From Lama guanicoe (Eukaryota), in assembly GCA_013239625.1 (NCBI GenBank), contig MU053934.1, positions 11,447,003 through 11,511,002 of the forward strand: a DNA stretch of 64,000 nt, written 5' to 3'. A program made the position numbers and the translations under genes. Shown here piece after piece: positions 1 through 11,689 of the stretch. The notes below the pieces were generated by a model. It had not been told where the DNA came from, made no database searches, and worked only from the letters and a program-made list of their open reading frames with translations. How positions within the stretch are numbered: position 1 is the first letter of the stretch; each line of letters begins with the position of its first letter.

Positions 1-3000
1 GCCAAGCAGGGCCCAGCGGGGCCTTCCCGGTGGCAAGCGCCTCTGTGCGCCCCGTTTCTTGTCTTTAGAAGAAAGGCTTTAGTCTCCTAGGTCTTCCGCG
101 AGCTCCAAAGAGCAGGCTCACGCAGTTGCTGATCAGAACAGCCGAGTCTCAGGACCCCCAGGTCCTCCTCGAGGGGGAGGACAACAGACTGCCGCACACG
201 CGAGCGATCCTGCAGGAACTGGGACCCCCGCACGCTGGAGGAGAGCTGCTGCGCGCTGGACCCAGACTGGCCGGAGCCAGAGAGTGGTGACTGAGGCTCC
301 CGTGACCTCACCACCAGCCAGTCAGAAGCGGGTCCACGGGCTGATCACACGTCCGCTCCCCTGACCCCGTCTTTAAAAACCCTCGCCCGAAAGCCACTGG
401 GGAGGTCGGGTCTTAGAGCACGAGTTGCCGGTTCTACTTCCTTGCATCCTGCAAACAGGCCCTCGCTCTGCTGCAGACAGCCGCTGCGGAGCTGGCCTCT
501 CCGCGCGGGGCACACGCACCCTGGCTTGGTCACACCGCAGACAGTCTCCACCCCTGGTGAGCAGCTTGGGGCTGGGGGGTGGGGATGGGATGAACCAGGG
601 CACGCGAGGCGCCTGCAGCAAAACCTTTCCGGCGGAATTTTAGCAGGTGAAGAGGGGAGCAAGGCTTTGCCCGGAATGCGTCGTGAGAGGTAGGTGTCCT
701 GGGCGGCCTCTGCGGAGGGTGCTGACTCCTCCAGGGCCCCCTGCTCTGAGGGAAGGGTCTGAAGTGAGTCGTCTTGCTCCCTGTGGGCCCATCGCTGGGC
801 ACGTCACCGAGGGAGACATGGTGGGAGACGGGCAGGCCAGGTGGACAGGTGTTGGGACTGGCTTGGGCAGAGATGGGACCCGGGCAAGGGCCATGGTCAT
901 GAGGACGGGGAGGGGCTTATCCAGGGCTCCTCTGAGTGGCGTTCAGAAACCGTCCCTAATTCCCCTGTCTCTGTAGACAGAGGTCACTGGCTGGCTTAGC
1001 ACCTAACCACAAAAGACTTTGTCTTCCTCATTGCGTGAAAAGCGAGAGAAATACGAGGTTCCTGGCAGCAGAGGAGGGAGCGCTCAGTGTTCCAGCGGCG
1101 TTGAGCCCCTGTTCCTCCAGCCGCAGACGAGACCGTGGGCAGAGATGAGGAGCGTTACTGGGTGTCTCTGGTGGTCACTGGGGTTCGTGGAGCATCCATC
1201 GAGGTGCCCACTGACGTCCCCTTGCCGGGAAATTAAACAACGCTGAGTGGCAGCTGACAGGCTCCTCTTGGAGGGAGCCCACCCTGCGCACGCGGGGATT
1301 TCAAGTCTCCAGCTGGAGCGGGAGGGCCAACTCACAGCGCATCAGTCAGGGCTCTGGCAGAGAGCTTCGCGCTTGCCGTTGTGCTAATGAGGGATCGCTC
1401 TCCAATCCTGGGAGGGTATCTCTCCAAAGAGACTTGCACGTCTGGGTGAACCTGAGACAACGTTGACAGGGACACACGGCGAATGCATACCCACCTTTTC
1501 ACCCCTGGTGGCCTCAGTGGGGGCAGCTGAGAGGCGAGGCGTCACTGCACCGCCGTGACCTGCAGGAGCCGCGCCCAGCAGAGGCCAGCCGTGCGTTCCA
1601 CGCTGACACGCTCGGCTCCTCCCCTCAAGCGATGCCTGGACCCCCAGGATGGATCCTCAAGGAAGGGCCCTGTAACTGGCCTTGGACCCCAGGACCCGGT
1701 CAACCTGAAGCCTCCGGGACGCACCAGCTTGGACCCCGCAGTGAAGGGGACGCACCCATGGCCTGACGGTCCTGGACCCCGCTCGCCAACTGCTCCTCCT
1801 CCAGCCTCACCTCCTGGGTGCCGGGCTGTGCACCTGCCCCCTCGGGGCGGGAGTTTCCAGGATGTAACCTCCCGGCCAAGCAGTAGTGTGTGAGTGAGGA
1901 GGGAGCGAGTGAGGAAACAGGATGAACGGACTTAGAGCAGCGAGGATGGCGCGCGCCCACGGCCTGGCTCCCGGGAAGCAGGAGAGCACAGGGCCAGAGT
2001 CAGAGCCCTGCGGGGAGTCCCAGTGGTGGCCCCCTCGCCCGTGACCCGACCTTGCTCGCTGGTCTGCTTTTCCTTATCTACACAGCACTTGTCACCAGCA
2101 CAGGGGCCTCCCCGGGGCCTCCAGGGTCCTGAGGAAGAGAACACCTGGGAGATGGTGGGACTCGTGGAGCACAGGATGGAGCTGGCAGAAGCGGGCCGCG
2201 GCCAGCAGGGCTTTGACGTGCCCACGGGCCACGCCCTCCCCAGCGAGCCCCCGGCCCACGTCAGGGCCCCACTCGCCGCCAACACAGCCATCTCGTTGTG
2301 GGCACTGGAGGCTGTGGGAGCGACACAGGGGGCTGCGGGGACGGAGAACCATGGACAGCTCTGCAGCCACCGCACGGGCGCCCTGCAGGTGTGGGGGCTG
2401 GGAGCCCAGGCCAGGGTGCGGCCGGGGCTGCCCCTCCAGGGGCTCCCAGGGCAGGCTGTGCCCAGCCTCTCTCCAGCTTTTGGGGACCTCAGGGATTTCT
2501 TAGTGGGTACGTGACTGCGTCTCCCCGTGCCCCTGCTCCGTCTCCTTCTGTAGGCCTCTGTCCCCGCTGAATTTCCCCCTTTTATCAGGACAGCAGTCCT
2601 ACTGGAATCGGGTCCACCCCAAAGGCTTCACCTGCACCTGAAGCTCTGCAAAGACCTGACCTCCCGACGAGGTGCAGGGGGAGGGGGTCGGGGCGGCAGC
2701 GCGTCCTGGGGACGGGGGTCTCTCTCCTGTGGGCTTTTGGCTTCTGGCATCTGAGAGCTTTTCCCCAGCCCTGAAAAGAAGCCTCCAGATTCCAGCGCCC
2801 TGAGTTAGCTGGCACGTGTTATTCCCAGCAGCCGGGTGCAGAGGTCCTAGCGCACGCAGAGCCAGGCGTGGGGCGTAGGGCCCAGGCCCGGCTGCAGCCA
2901 GTGAGCGCGGGAGGGCCTCCGCATGCCCGACACAGGACACGCAGGTGGTGGGGAGCTCAGTGCTGCTCCCGTCACCCGGCCCAGGACCCATGTGCGTACC

Positions 3001-3912
3001 TGGGGCTGAAATAGGCCCCTCCTGGGGGCTCCTGACGTTCCAGAAACTCCGGCTCGTGGGACAATGGCAGTCCTCGTCGGCCAGCAGACCCAGGGGTCCT
3101 CGGCGGCCTCGTGGAATCCGCACTGCCTCCAGCCCTCAGGGGACCCCGCCGCTTGTAAGCGGGGACCCCCCGCTTCGCTGCTGCTGCTGGGGGAGCACCG
3201 TCCCCAGGCAGACTCCCAGTCGGGAGCCCTCCCTGGGGGCAGGGGAAGCCACTCGGGGTTGCGTTGTGGGAGTTTGGGTGTCCCTGGGAGACGTCCGGTG
3301 AGAGCAGAGATGGAGGGTCGGGGCAGAAGATGGTCTGTGAAGAAATCTCATCCAAGACCCCAGACAAATTCTAGGGCCTCAGGTCTTGGCTGCAGAGCCC
3401 CCCACACCCGTGAGGACGCACAGTGGGGAAGCGGGGAGGGGCTGGGGGCCGGACGCAGCATCCACGGGCCTCCTGGCCCGAACAATCGCGGAGAGGCCTG
3501 ATCCCATAAAGACGTCCCCCGGCCACTTGTCGCTGTGGCCATCAGCCTGCGGCTTCAAATCTGAACATTAAATCCCTACCAGTTGTCACAGCGGCCGTTG
3601 CCAAGGCACTTGAGCCACACCACGGGATTGCTGTGGGAAATGGCTCACTGGGGAAAATGCTTTCTGCTCAGCCGCGAGTCCAGCTGCAGAGAACGCAGCA
3701 CGTGACTCGGAAGTGCAGGTTCAGGGTGTTCACGTGTGAAGCCTGACCCTTCCCTGAGCTGGGTGTCCCAGGCGCGTCCCGAAGCCTGTCTCCCCGAGGG
3801 GTTTCAAGAGCACTTCTGGGGACGCCGCTAAGTTCGGTGTCACCGCTTCCTGCCAGCCACCCGCTCCAGCAGCCAGCACCTGGAACTTGCTGGAAAACAG
3901 AAGGACACACGG

Positions 3913-4205
3913 TGGTGGCGCAGTACTGTTCCCCGAAATGCACGGTCCACTTGGAGCTGAGATGGGACAGTCCGGAATCTGGGTCTTGCAGATGTAGTGG
4001 GCCGAGGGTCCTGAGGTGGGGTCATCCAGGGTGACCCAGGGAGCCCGAAATCCAACCACAAGCGTCCTGCTCAGAGACACAAGGCAAGATGCGGACACAG
4101 CGGAGGCAGCCATGTGAGATGGAGGCGGAGATCGGGGTGACACAGCCATAAGCCAAGGAGTCCTGGAGTCCCCGAAAGCAGGAAGAGGCCGAAGGACGCT
4201 CGCCC
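3913..4205 (+). mobile_element. MLT1 (MaLR) LTR fragment, MLT1B/C-like
   Basis: Diagnostic MLT1 phrases: 'gagcccgaaatccaaccacaagcgtcct', 'gccatgtgagatggaggcggagatcggggtgacacagccataagccaaggagtcctggag...gcaggaagaggc'. Confidence 0.8.
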
Positions 4206-4624
4206 ACAAACAAGAACGGCCCTGATGGGCTGGCAACAGGGGCTGTGACTGCAGCGACCTCTCCTGCGGACGCCCGCCTCCCACACGGCCCTGCGACTCC
4301 AGTGATGAGACAGCGCTGGGGCCCCAGAGAGGAGACCCTCGGGCAGCTGACTGGGTGGGCTGTCGGCCACCACCTCCCGGCCTCTGACACGCCCACGAGG
4401 AGGAATGCAAAGGCCGCAGGCGAGGGCTTTCCCAGCCCGGCCCGTGGGCAGCGGCTCGGTGCCCCCGGCAGTGCTGCCCCTGACCACCAGGAGCCTCGGG
4501 GCCTTCGGGAGGGGGTGTGGGGCCACCTGCTCAGCATGGAGAGGGGATTCGGTCCCCACGTGGCAGGACACTCGCCAGTCTGAATCTGCCTCTGCCACCC
4601 GTGCGTGGACTTGTCCATCTGTGA

Positions 4625-4955
4625 AATGGGTTTGGGCTGCTGTAGCAAAATACCACAGACGAGGGGAAGTATTTCTCACTGTTCAGGAGCCTGGACATTG
4701 GAGTTGGGGTCCAGCGTGGTCGGTTCTGGTGACGACCCTCTCCCGGGGCAGACTGGACTGCCTGCATCTTCCCGTGTCAGCAGGAGAGTGGGCGGGCTCT
4801 GCGGGGCTCCTCTAGGACACACATCCATTGTGGGGAGCCCCTCGTAAGCCAGTCACCCCCAAAGGCCCCACCTCCTGAGGCCACCATGTTGGGAGGTTGG
4901 GTTTTGACACATGGACTCTGGGTGAGGGCGACGCAGACACCCAGTCCCCCAAACA
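4625..4955 (-). mobile_element. MLT1A-like MaLR LTR
   Basis: Reverse-orientation MLT1 hallmarks: 'gggctgctgtagcaaaataccacagac', 'atttctcac', 'ggttctggtga', 'cccaaaggccccacctcctga...ccaccatgttggg...ttttgacacatgga'. Confidence 0.8.
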
Positions 4956-5204
4956 CAGCATTAACGTGTTTGTGAGAGGCACTGGGAGCTTTGCAGACTC
5001 TCGACTTGTGGACAAGTGACGGCTCAGCCTCCTGCTCTGGCCCGGCCTGTCCCCTGGGGGAGCACGTCCAGACCATAATGACCTGAGGCGGGGGGGCGAG
5101 TGTGATGAGGACACGGTTGCAGGAACACCAGTGGAGCTCACAGGGGGTCAGACCGCTCGACTGTACTCACAGCCTCGTGTGATCAACACAGGGACCCTAG
5201 AAGG

Positions 5205-5315
5205 AAAGTGTGTCATTCTCCCATTTTACAGATGAGGAAACTGAGGCCCAGGGAGCTGAGATTAAGCAACTTCTGCAGACATCCCAGGGGAGGGGGAGCC
5301 TGACTCCCAGACCTG
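5205..5315. mobile_element. MIR SINE fragment
   Basis: MIR core 'cccattttacagatgaggaaactgaggcccag...attaagcaactt'. Confidence 0.85.
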
Positions 5316-7555
5316 ATCAAGGAAGTGCCCCCTCCTCTGGGGAGATGGCCAGGAGAGGACGCTGACCAGGGTCTGAATCCCCGCCTTCAACTGCTTGAAT
5401 CCTCTTGTCCTCAGAGTCTCGCAGCGCCCGTGAGACTGCTGGCTGCGCGAGCGGCTGCGGCGAGGGGTCGCCTGGGGATAAAACTGCTGCATCAGACGGG
5501 AGGCTGCACACCAAATTGGACGTTTTCTGGTTGGGCCTGAACTTCTGCAAATAAAGTGTCCCTTGCAGAAGGAAGGTCCCCGGGGCTGCGGGGTCCCCGG
5601 CCGGCATGGGGAGAAGTGCGCTTCTCTGGGACGCTGGGTGGACCCGCCCGGATGCCACCCCGCAAGCAGGGCGCTGGCCTTCCGCGCTCTGCCCGCCTCC
5701 CCCCCGCGGCAGCGTCGGGCGGTTCCTTAGACAGGGCAGGGCGCTTCCAGGGCGGCTCAGCTGAATCTCTGCAGCCAGTGACACCCAGGCAGCAGCTGGC
5801 CAGCGCGGACCACACGGGCTCCGATCTAGGAAAATGTGGGTCCAGCCCCCTCCCTGCCACCTCGTTCCCTGGGACGACTTTGGTGAGGCCGTGGCTTCCA
5901 AACAGGATAACTTGTGGCAGGTCCTGGAGACGCACAGGTGTGGCACCTCAGCCAGCAGTCCGTTCGGGGTCCCTGCTCGGGGCGTCTCTCCGTCTAGGCA
6001 GACGTGGCTCAGTGGGTTGACGTCCTGAACACGCGGCGGGTTTCCCTGTGTCAAACTCTGCGTGGCCCAGCCCTGCCTCTGCTGAAATTGGCTCCCCCTC
6101 CTCCTGTCACCCCGCTGCCCGCCTGCTCAGACCGTCCGGGCCTCGCACTCCGTGTGAGGCCGAGCCCCGGCCCAGGCTCCAGAGAGAAGGACATTTTGAC
6201 TCACTCGGTCTGTTCTGTTTCTTGGAAAAACAGAAAAATAAGATCTGTAAGAGACTCTGCAACAACGAGGCCTCTGGGGAGCCAAGTCGCCCTGTTCCCT
6301 TAATGACATCAGTGACCTTGAGACCCAGCCAGGCCGCGTGCCTGCGGATAACTGAGAGCGGGACACTGGGTGTCCCCTCCTCCTCTTGGCCGGCCTCCCG
6401 CTGGCCGGGTGGCGGCTGGCATTTCTTAGGCCACAACCCGCGGAATTCAATACGTCATCACGGCCGCTGCTGCCCAGTGTGTGTCTTTTTATTTCCTCGG
6501 GTTTAGGCTTCTGATTATCGCGAGGCTTTGGGACGACGTGTGAATGATGTTCCAATTTAATCTTGCAGCACCGAGAGGGCCCCGGGCACCAGGTGGGGGT
6601 CTCCCGGGAGTTTAAAGTGATTACGCACGGGGAGCGTGCGAGGAGAGCCCTGCCAGCGCTGACTCACAACGGCCCGCGGCTGCTGTCGGAGGGACACGGC
6701 CCGCTTAGAAGAGCCCCCCTCCCAGGCCTCTCACTCGCTTCCGCGTCTGTGAAGGAGGCCGCACGTCTCCAAGTCACGCCTGGACTTTCTTCTGCTCTGC
6801 CGTTTAAGTTTGGAACCAAGCGCACCACAATGTGGTGTTAACGCTTGCAAGCAGGAACCAGCCCGGCAGCCTCCCCCTCTGACCTTAGCCGGGGAAGCAC
6901 GATTGGACGCGTGTGGGGGCGGCACGTGTGAACATCTCGGTGGAAGTTTCCAGGCAGAGGCTCCATCGCCAGCCAGGGACTCGCGGCCGGGGAGGGCAGG
7001 GCCGTCATGACGGCCTGCCCCATCTGTGCCCGAGGACAGCGCCCACTGGCAGGATGTTTGGGGACGTCAGTGACAGGCACATGGGGGCAGTGCTGGCAGG
7101 TCGGTGGGCACGTCGCTGCGGGACTTCTTGGTGCTTCTCACCCCGGGTGACACTGCAGGCGCCGGACCACTCATGGACTCTGCAGAAGGAAGCCCGCAGG
7201 TGAGGCTCTGGTCTTCCCGCAGCCCTCGGAGGCGGGTCCGCGTGGCCGTGACCACCGGCGCTCTCCCTCGCCCTCGAGGCTCCACTGAGGCTGTTTGTGA
7301 TGGTGGGCTCCGTGCCCCCCCCCCAATGCCAGCCTGATCTGGCCCGCCCTCTCCCCTCCCTCTCGCCTCTCCGTGGCTCTGGAAACGCAGCACACTTTTC
7401 TGGACGCTGGATACAGGACGTAAGGGGACCGACATCCCTGGGAACCAAGACTGGGGGACACACGCAAGGCACCTGTGACATGCTCTTCAGATGAGCAGGG
7501 TCGATGGTTTCCTGTGTCAGTGCCCCGCGTCCCAGACATCGAAGGACCCCTCCCA

Positions 7556-7556
<1 letters not shown>

Positions 7557-7596
<40 letters not shown>
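7557..7596. repeat. (CA)20 microsatellite
   Basis: Perfect CA dinucleotide run counted directly. Confidence 0.97.
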
Positions 7597-7600
<4 letters not shown>

Positions 7601-9439
7601 TCTCTGGGTGCCTGTCTGCACGCCTCCAGACACGTGTGCACGGCAGCCCAGATGACCCCAGGAGGCGGCAGGCTTGCAGGCTCTGATGCCTGGGAGGAGT
7701 GGGCGGGGAGGTGGGCGATCACCTGATCGCTCACATCTTGTCCAAAGCGGCATTTGGGGGAGGACCCTCTTGCTGGAGACCAGGGTGGTTTTGCTTGTGT
7801 TTTTTGTTAGTTTGTTTTCACTATATTCCTAACAAACTGTGTGGCACCCCTCTGGGAAGTTTGGTTGTCTGACTGGATCAGGACGACCTTGAAGGCTCCC
7901 ATGGATGGGGACCCACCTCTGCCGTTGGGCCCCTGTCCATGGACACGTTTCCATCAAACTTTGCTTGGCCTCCTCTTGAGCGAGGGGAGTTTCCACAGCC
8001 AGACCCCGTCTCGGGGGCGCAGGGAACGGGAGCCACGCCCTGGAGACAGGCTCGGCGTCTTCCCGAATCCTCGACCTGACGTGGTCCCCTCACCAGTCCA
8101 GCCCTAGTGGCCCCTGGCTCAGCAGTCACCTCTCCGTAATGACATCCCCTCTCCCCCCAGCCAATGTGCTCACCTCCTCCCCTCTCCCCCAGCTCCACCC
8201 CCGCTCCCACGTGCGCGTGCACGTGTGCACCGCTCTGTCCCTCAGGTGTCCGTCGGGCTCCTCGGAGAAGCTCCGGCCCTGGCAGAGCCGGCCCGGGTGA
8301 GGCCCTTGGAGAGCGTCTGTTGAATCTGGCCCTGCACTGGGCACGATCTGCCCTGTAGGGTGACGCCAGGGTCCCCGCCTCACATCCTCTGCCAGAAAGA
8401 AAAAGACATTCAGGGCAAAGAGCGGCCCCGCTGGTCAGCGGCCGGCCTGAGAGCGGGGAGGCCCGGGCTCTGGGTCTGGCGGGTGGCACCACAGGCTGGC
8501 CCCCCTGCCGTTCCCAGCACATCCCCACCACCCCCACGTCAGACCCACAGGTTTGTCGTTTTTTTCACGACTCTTGCTGGAAGGTGAGAGATTGCTGCTG
8601 TCACAGCTTCGTCTATTGCACGGAAATGCTGCTGGAGACCAGGGAGCAGAGGGCTCTCTGAGGGGTGTGCCTGTCCGCCCGTCAGAGCCGCACCGGAGAC
8701 TAAGGGGCCTGTGCACGTGACGTGGGTTTTCACCGTTTGGCGCTGAAAACCTGGAGGGTCCACAGCTGACGCGTGCTGCCGGCCCAGACAGCAGCCTCAC
8801 GACGCTGTTTTCGCCCTGCGGAGGCCCTGGCCACACTTGGCTTCCAAAGAGAGACAGGCACCTCTCACTGCGGCGGGTGGGCGATCTGAGGGATGGAAGT
8901 CCACTTCCGGTGAAGAATTCAGGGCCCGGGGGCAATCAGAACTGGACCCCCTGCTCCCCGCCACCAGCAGCCGCTGGGCAGGGTGGCTGACCTCAGCTGA
9001 TTCACCCAAGATAAAAAAGAGATCAGGGTTCTTTGCCGGTTTCTGGGTTTTGGGATGAAGACCCAGCCCACGGGCTTTCCACAAGGGTCACCTGCCTAAC
9101 CAGAGCCACAGCTTCCCAGGAAGAGGGAGCGGCCCTCGGTCCAGGTCCTTAAAGAGTCTGAAGCGCAGGCCCTCACACACCCTCCCTGGGGAGGCCGAGG
9201 CTGCCCGTCTGCCTGAAACAAACACGTGTTTTCCTGGGAATTATAAGCAAACAAACCAAAGCTGCCAGCAGATTCACTGAACATAGAAAAGCACAGAAAA
9301 GACACTGCAACCTACAGACGCAGGTGCGGGGCATGCCGGTCAGCAGGTCGCACGGGCAGAGGGGACGTGGACGCCACGGGGGAGCGCGTGTCCCAGCCAG
9401 CCATCAACGCCGTCTCTCCCGCTTCCCACAAGAGAAACA

Positions 9440-9700
9440 CACTTTCTTCATGGGATATTGTGTTTTCAGTGAGTCTAGTAATGAAATTTTTAAAAACCCA
9501 GTGATGTTGATCCAAATTTTAGCTGGGAAGCCTGTTATTAAAATTGATAACACCAGCCTAACGCGTTCTCAGTTATGGGAGCAGGAGGTGATAAATCTTG
9601 GAAATTTGCATTGAATAAAAACGTTTTGGAGGATGCTTTGTAGTCAGGAAGATGAGCTGGCTTTCTGATTGGCTGCTACAGTGCAGAAGAATCAAAATAA
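9440..9700. promoter_or_regulatory. AT-rich candidate cis-regulatory island (octamer, CCAAT, GATA, TAAT motifs)
   Basis: Abrupt AT-rich island in GC-rich DNA with ATTTGCAT (9604-9611), CTGATTGGCT (9665-9674) and two TGATAA; no repeat similarity recognised. Confidence 0.4.
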
Positions 9701-11689
9701 ACGCTGGGACTGCGCGCACACCTCAGGGGACGCGCTGGGGTGGTGAACGGCTTTCTTGTTCGGCTCTCGAGCGTTTACCGCTAATCCCTTAGTGCCATTG
9801 ACCGGGATCTGCAGTCCCCGCAGGCGCAGGGGCTGTGCGGGCGTGGAGACGCGAGCCCCGCCCCGGCCGGCCGCTCCGCCCCCGGACACCCGCAGGGAGG
9901 GTTCCCATGGGGTGACTTTCCACCATCCACGCTCGGGAGGCTGCATCCACTCACCTGCCCCTCGGCGAGCTCCCGCGGAGGCTGGATGCCTGGCCCCACG
10001 CAGACCTGCTCGGGGAGTCACGTTCTGTTCTGTTGGGCCCCTCTTCCTGGAAGGGAGACCCGAAGTTCCCACTTCCTTCCTGTGAATAGACGCTGTTTTC
10101 ATGATCATGTCAACAGGCCATAAACATGAATAAGGTTGCGTGTGATGACTGAGGTCCGGATATTGAAGTGAAACTTCAGGATGAGGAGAGAGTGATCACA
10201 GAGCGCGCCTGGACGAGCGTGACGCCAAGGCACACGGGCACCTACTCAAATGTCACGGCCAGGCTCCTCCGTGCCCCGCATCACCCTGGCCCTGGCACAG
10301 AATGGGAGCTGACGCCTGTCCCTCAGAGACCACCTCGCTGGGCGCACACCTCTCCTGGGCTGCAGCCTCTGCTCCCTCCTCCGGGGCCGCCCAGGGGGCC
10401 CTCCAGAGGTGCTTCCGTCCCAGTGCCCTTGACACCCAAGCCAGCGCGGTGATGTTGGTCTTCACCTGACCTCTCCTGGAAGGAGCCTGCCCAGCAGACA
10501 CAGGAATGCCTCCTCCAACCCTGGGCGTGTGTGCACATAAGTTCTGTTTTGCTTTTCAGAACCCAAACCCAAAAGCCCTCCTGTTCCAGCTACCAGGCCG
10601 ACTACTCCGGGCACAAGGACCAGAGCTGCTGAAGGCACAGCGGCAGCAGCCCCGCGGGACCAGGTTCCACGCCCCGAGCCCTGCCGGCCGGGTCCGGCCC
10701 CGGCGTGCTGCCTTTCTGTTTCGTTCCCCTCACTGACTGCAATCGTAACCGTGGGGCGTTCGGTGCCAACTTGCCTGTGCCCCGGGCCCCGTCCCCGAGG
10801 TGAGCACAGCCCTTCCCGGAGCTGTGGCCCCAGCACCCAGCCCCGGGCGGCGCTGGCGGGCGGGGTGGCTGCCAGCGGGCACGGGGTGCTTTTCCAGGGT
10901 GAAGCATCCCGGAATTAGACCCTGATAACAGCAGCACAGCTCTGCGAGCCGCTGTGCTAAACCCACTGAGTGCTTTCAATGGTGGATGTTAACACACACA
11001 CATATATGTTGACATCGATAGATAGACAGACAGACAGATCTCAATTTCTAAAAAGTGTTTGCTTCAGACAAGATGGTGCAGGCCTGCTTCTCCCTGGTCT
11101 TTCCTACTGAGCAGGACCAGACGCTCTGGAAGCAGAGCAAGAGGTGATCAAACCAGGACTCCAGGAGCGGCGAGCAGGCAGCCCTGCTGTGGGGCCCCGG
11201 GCCCGGGGAGGAGCGCGGTGCCGGGGGTCTCAGGCCCCCCACCCGGCGGAAGATGGAAACTGAGCCCCCGACGCTGCTCCCTCGCCTGCAGCGTCAGGCA
11301 GCCCCGCTGGGCTCGCTCCGCCCAGCCCGGGGGAGCGCCCTGGCAGCAGCAGGCGGCGGGCACCCGGCCCGGGGAGTAATCGTGGTTCCTGCCCACACGG
11401 CAGCCCAGGGGCCCGCTCCTTGCTAAGACTGAGGCTCCCTTTCCTGCTGAAAGGTCCAGAGGCAAGTCAGCCAAGCTGGCCGAGAGGCCCAGCTGCAGAG
11501 AAAGGCTGTCCTTCCCTCCCCTGCCCTGAGGCTGGAGTGGCAGGGGGCCAGGTGGGCATCGCGCCCCCCCCCGAAAGCCACCAGCCTGCCTGAGGAGACT
11601 CCTTCCTCCCTCTGGACAGAACCGACCAGAACCAGCGTGAGCCCCCCGGCACTAGGCAAGCCAAGAACACCCAAATAAACGGCAAAGTC

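Noticed and set aside
7475-7753. ORFs with HTHT/CVCV repeats
   Set aside because: Translations of the (CA)20 microsatellite.
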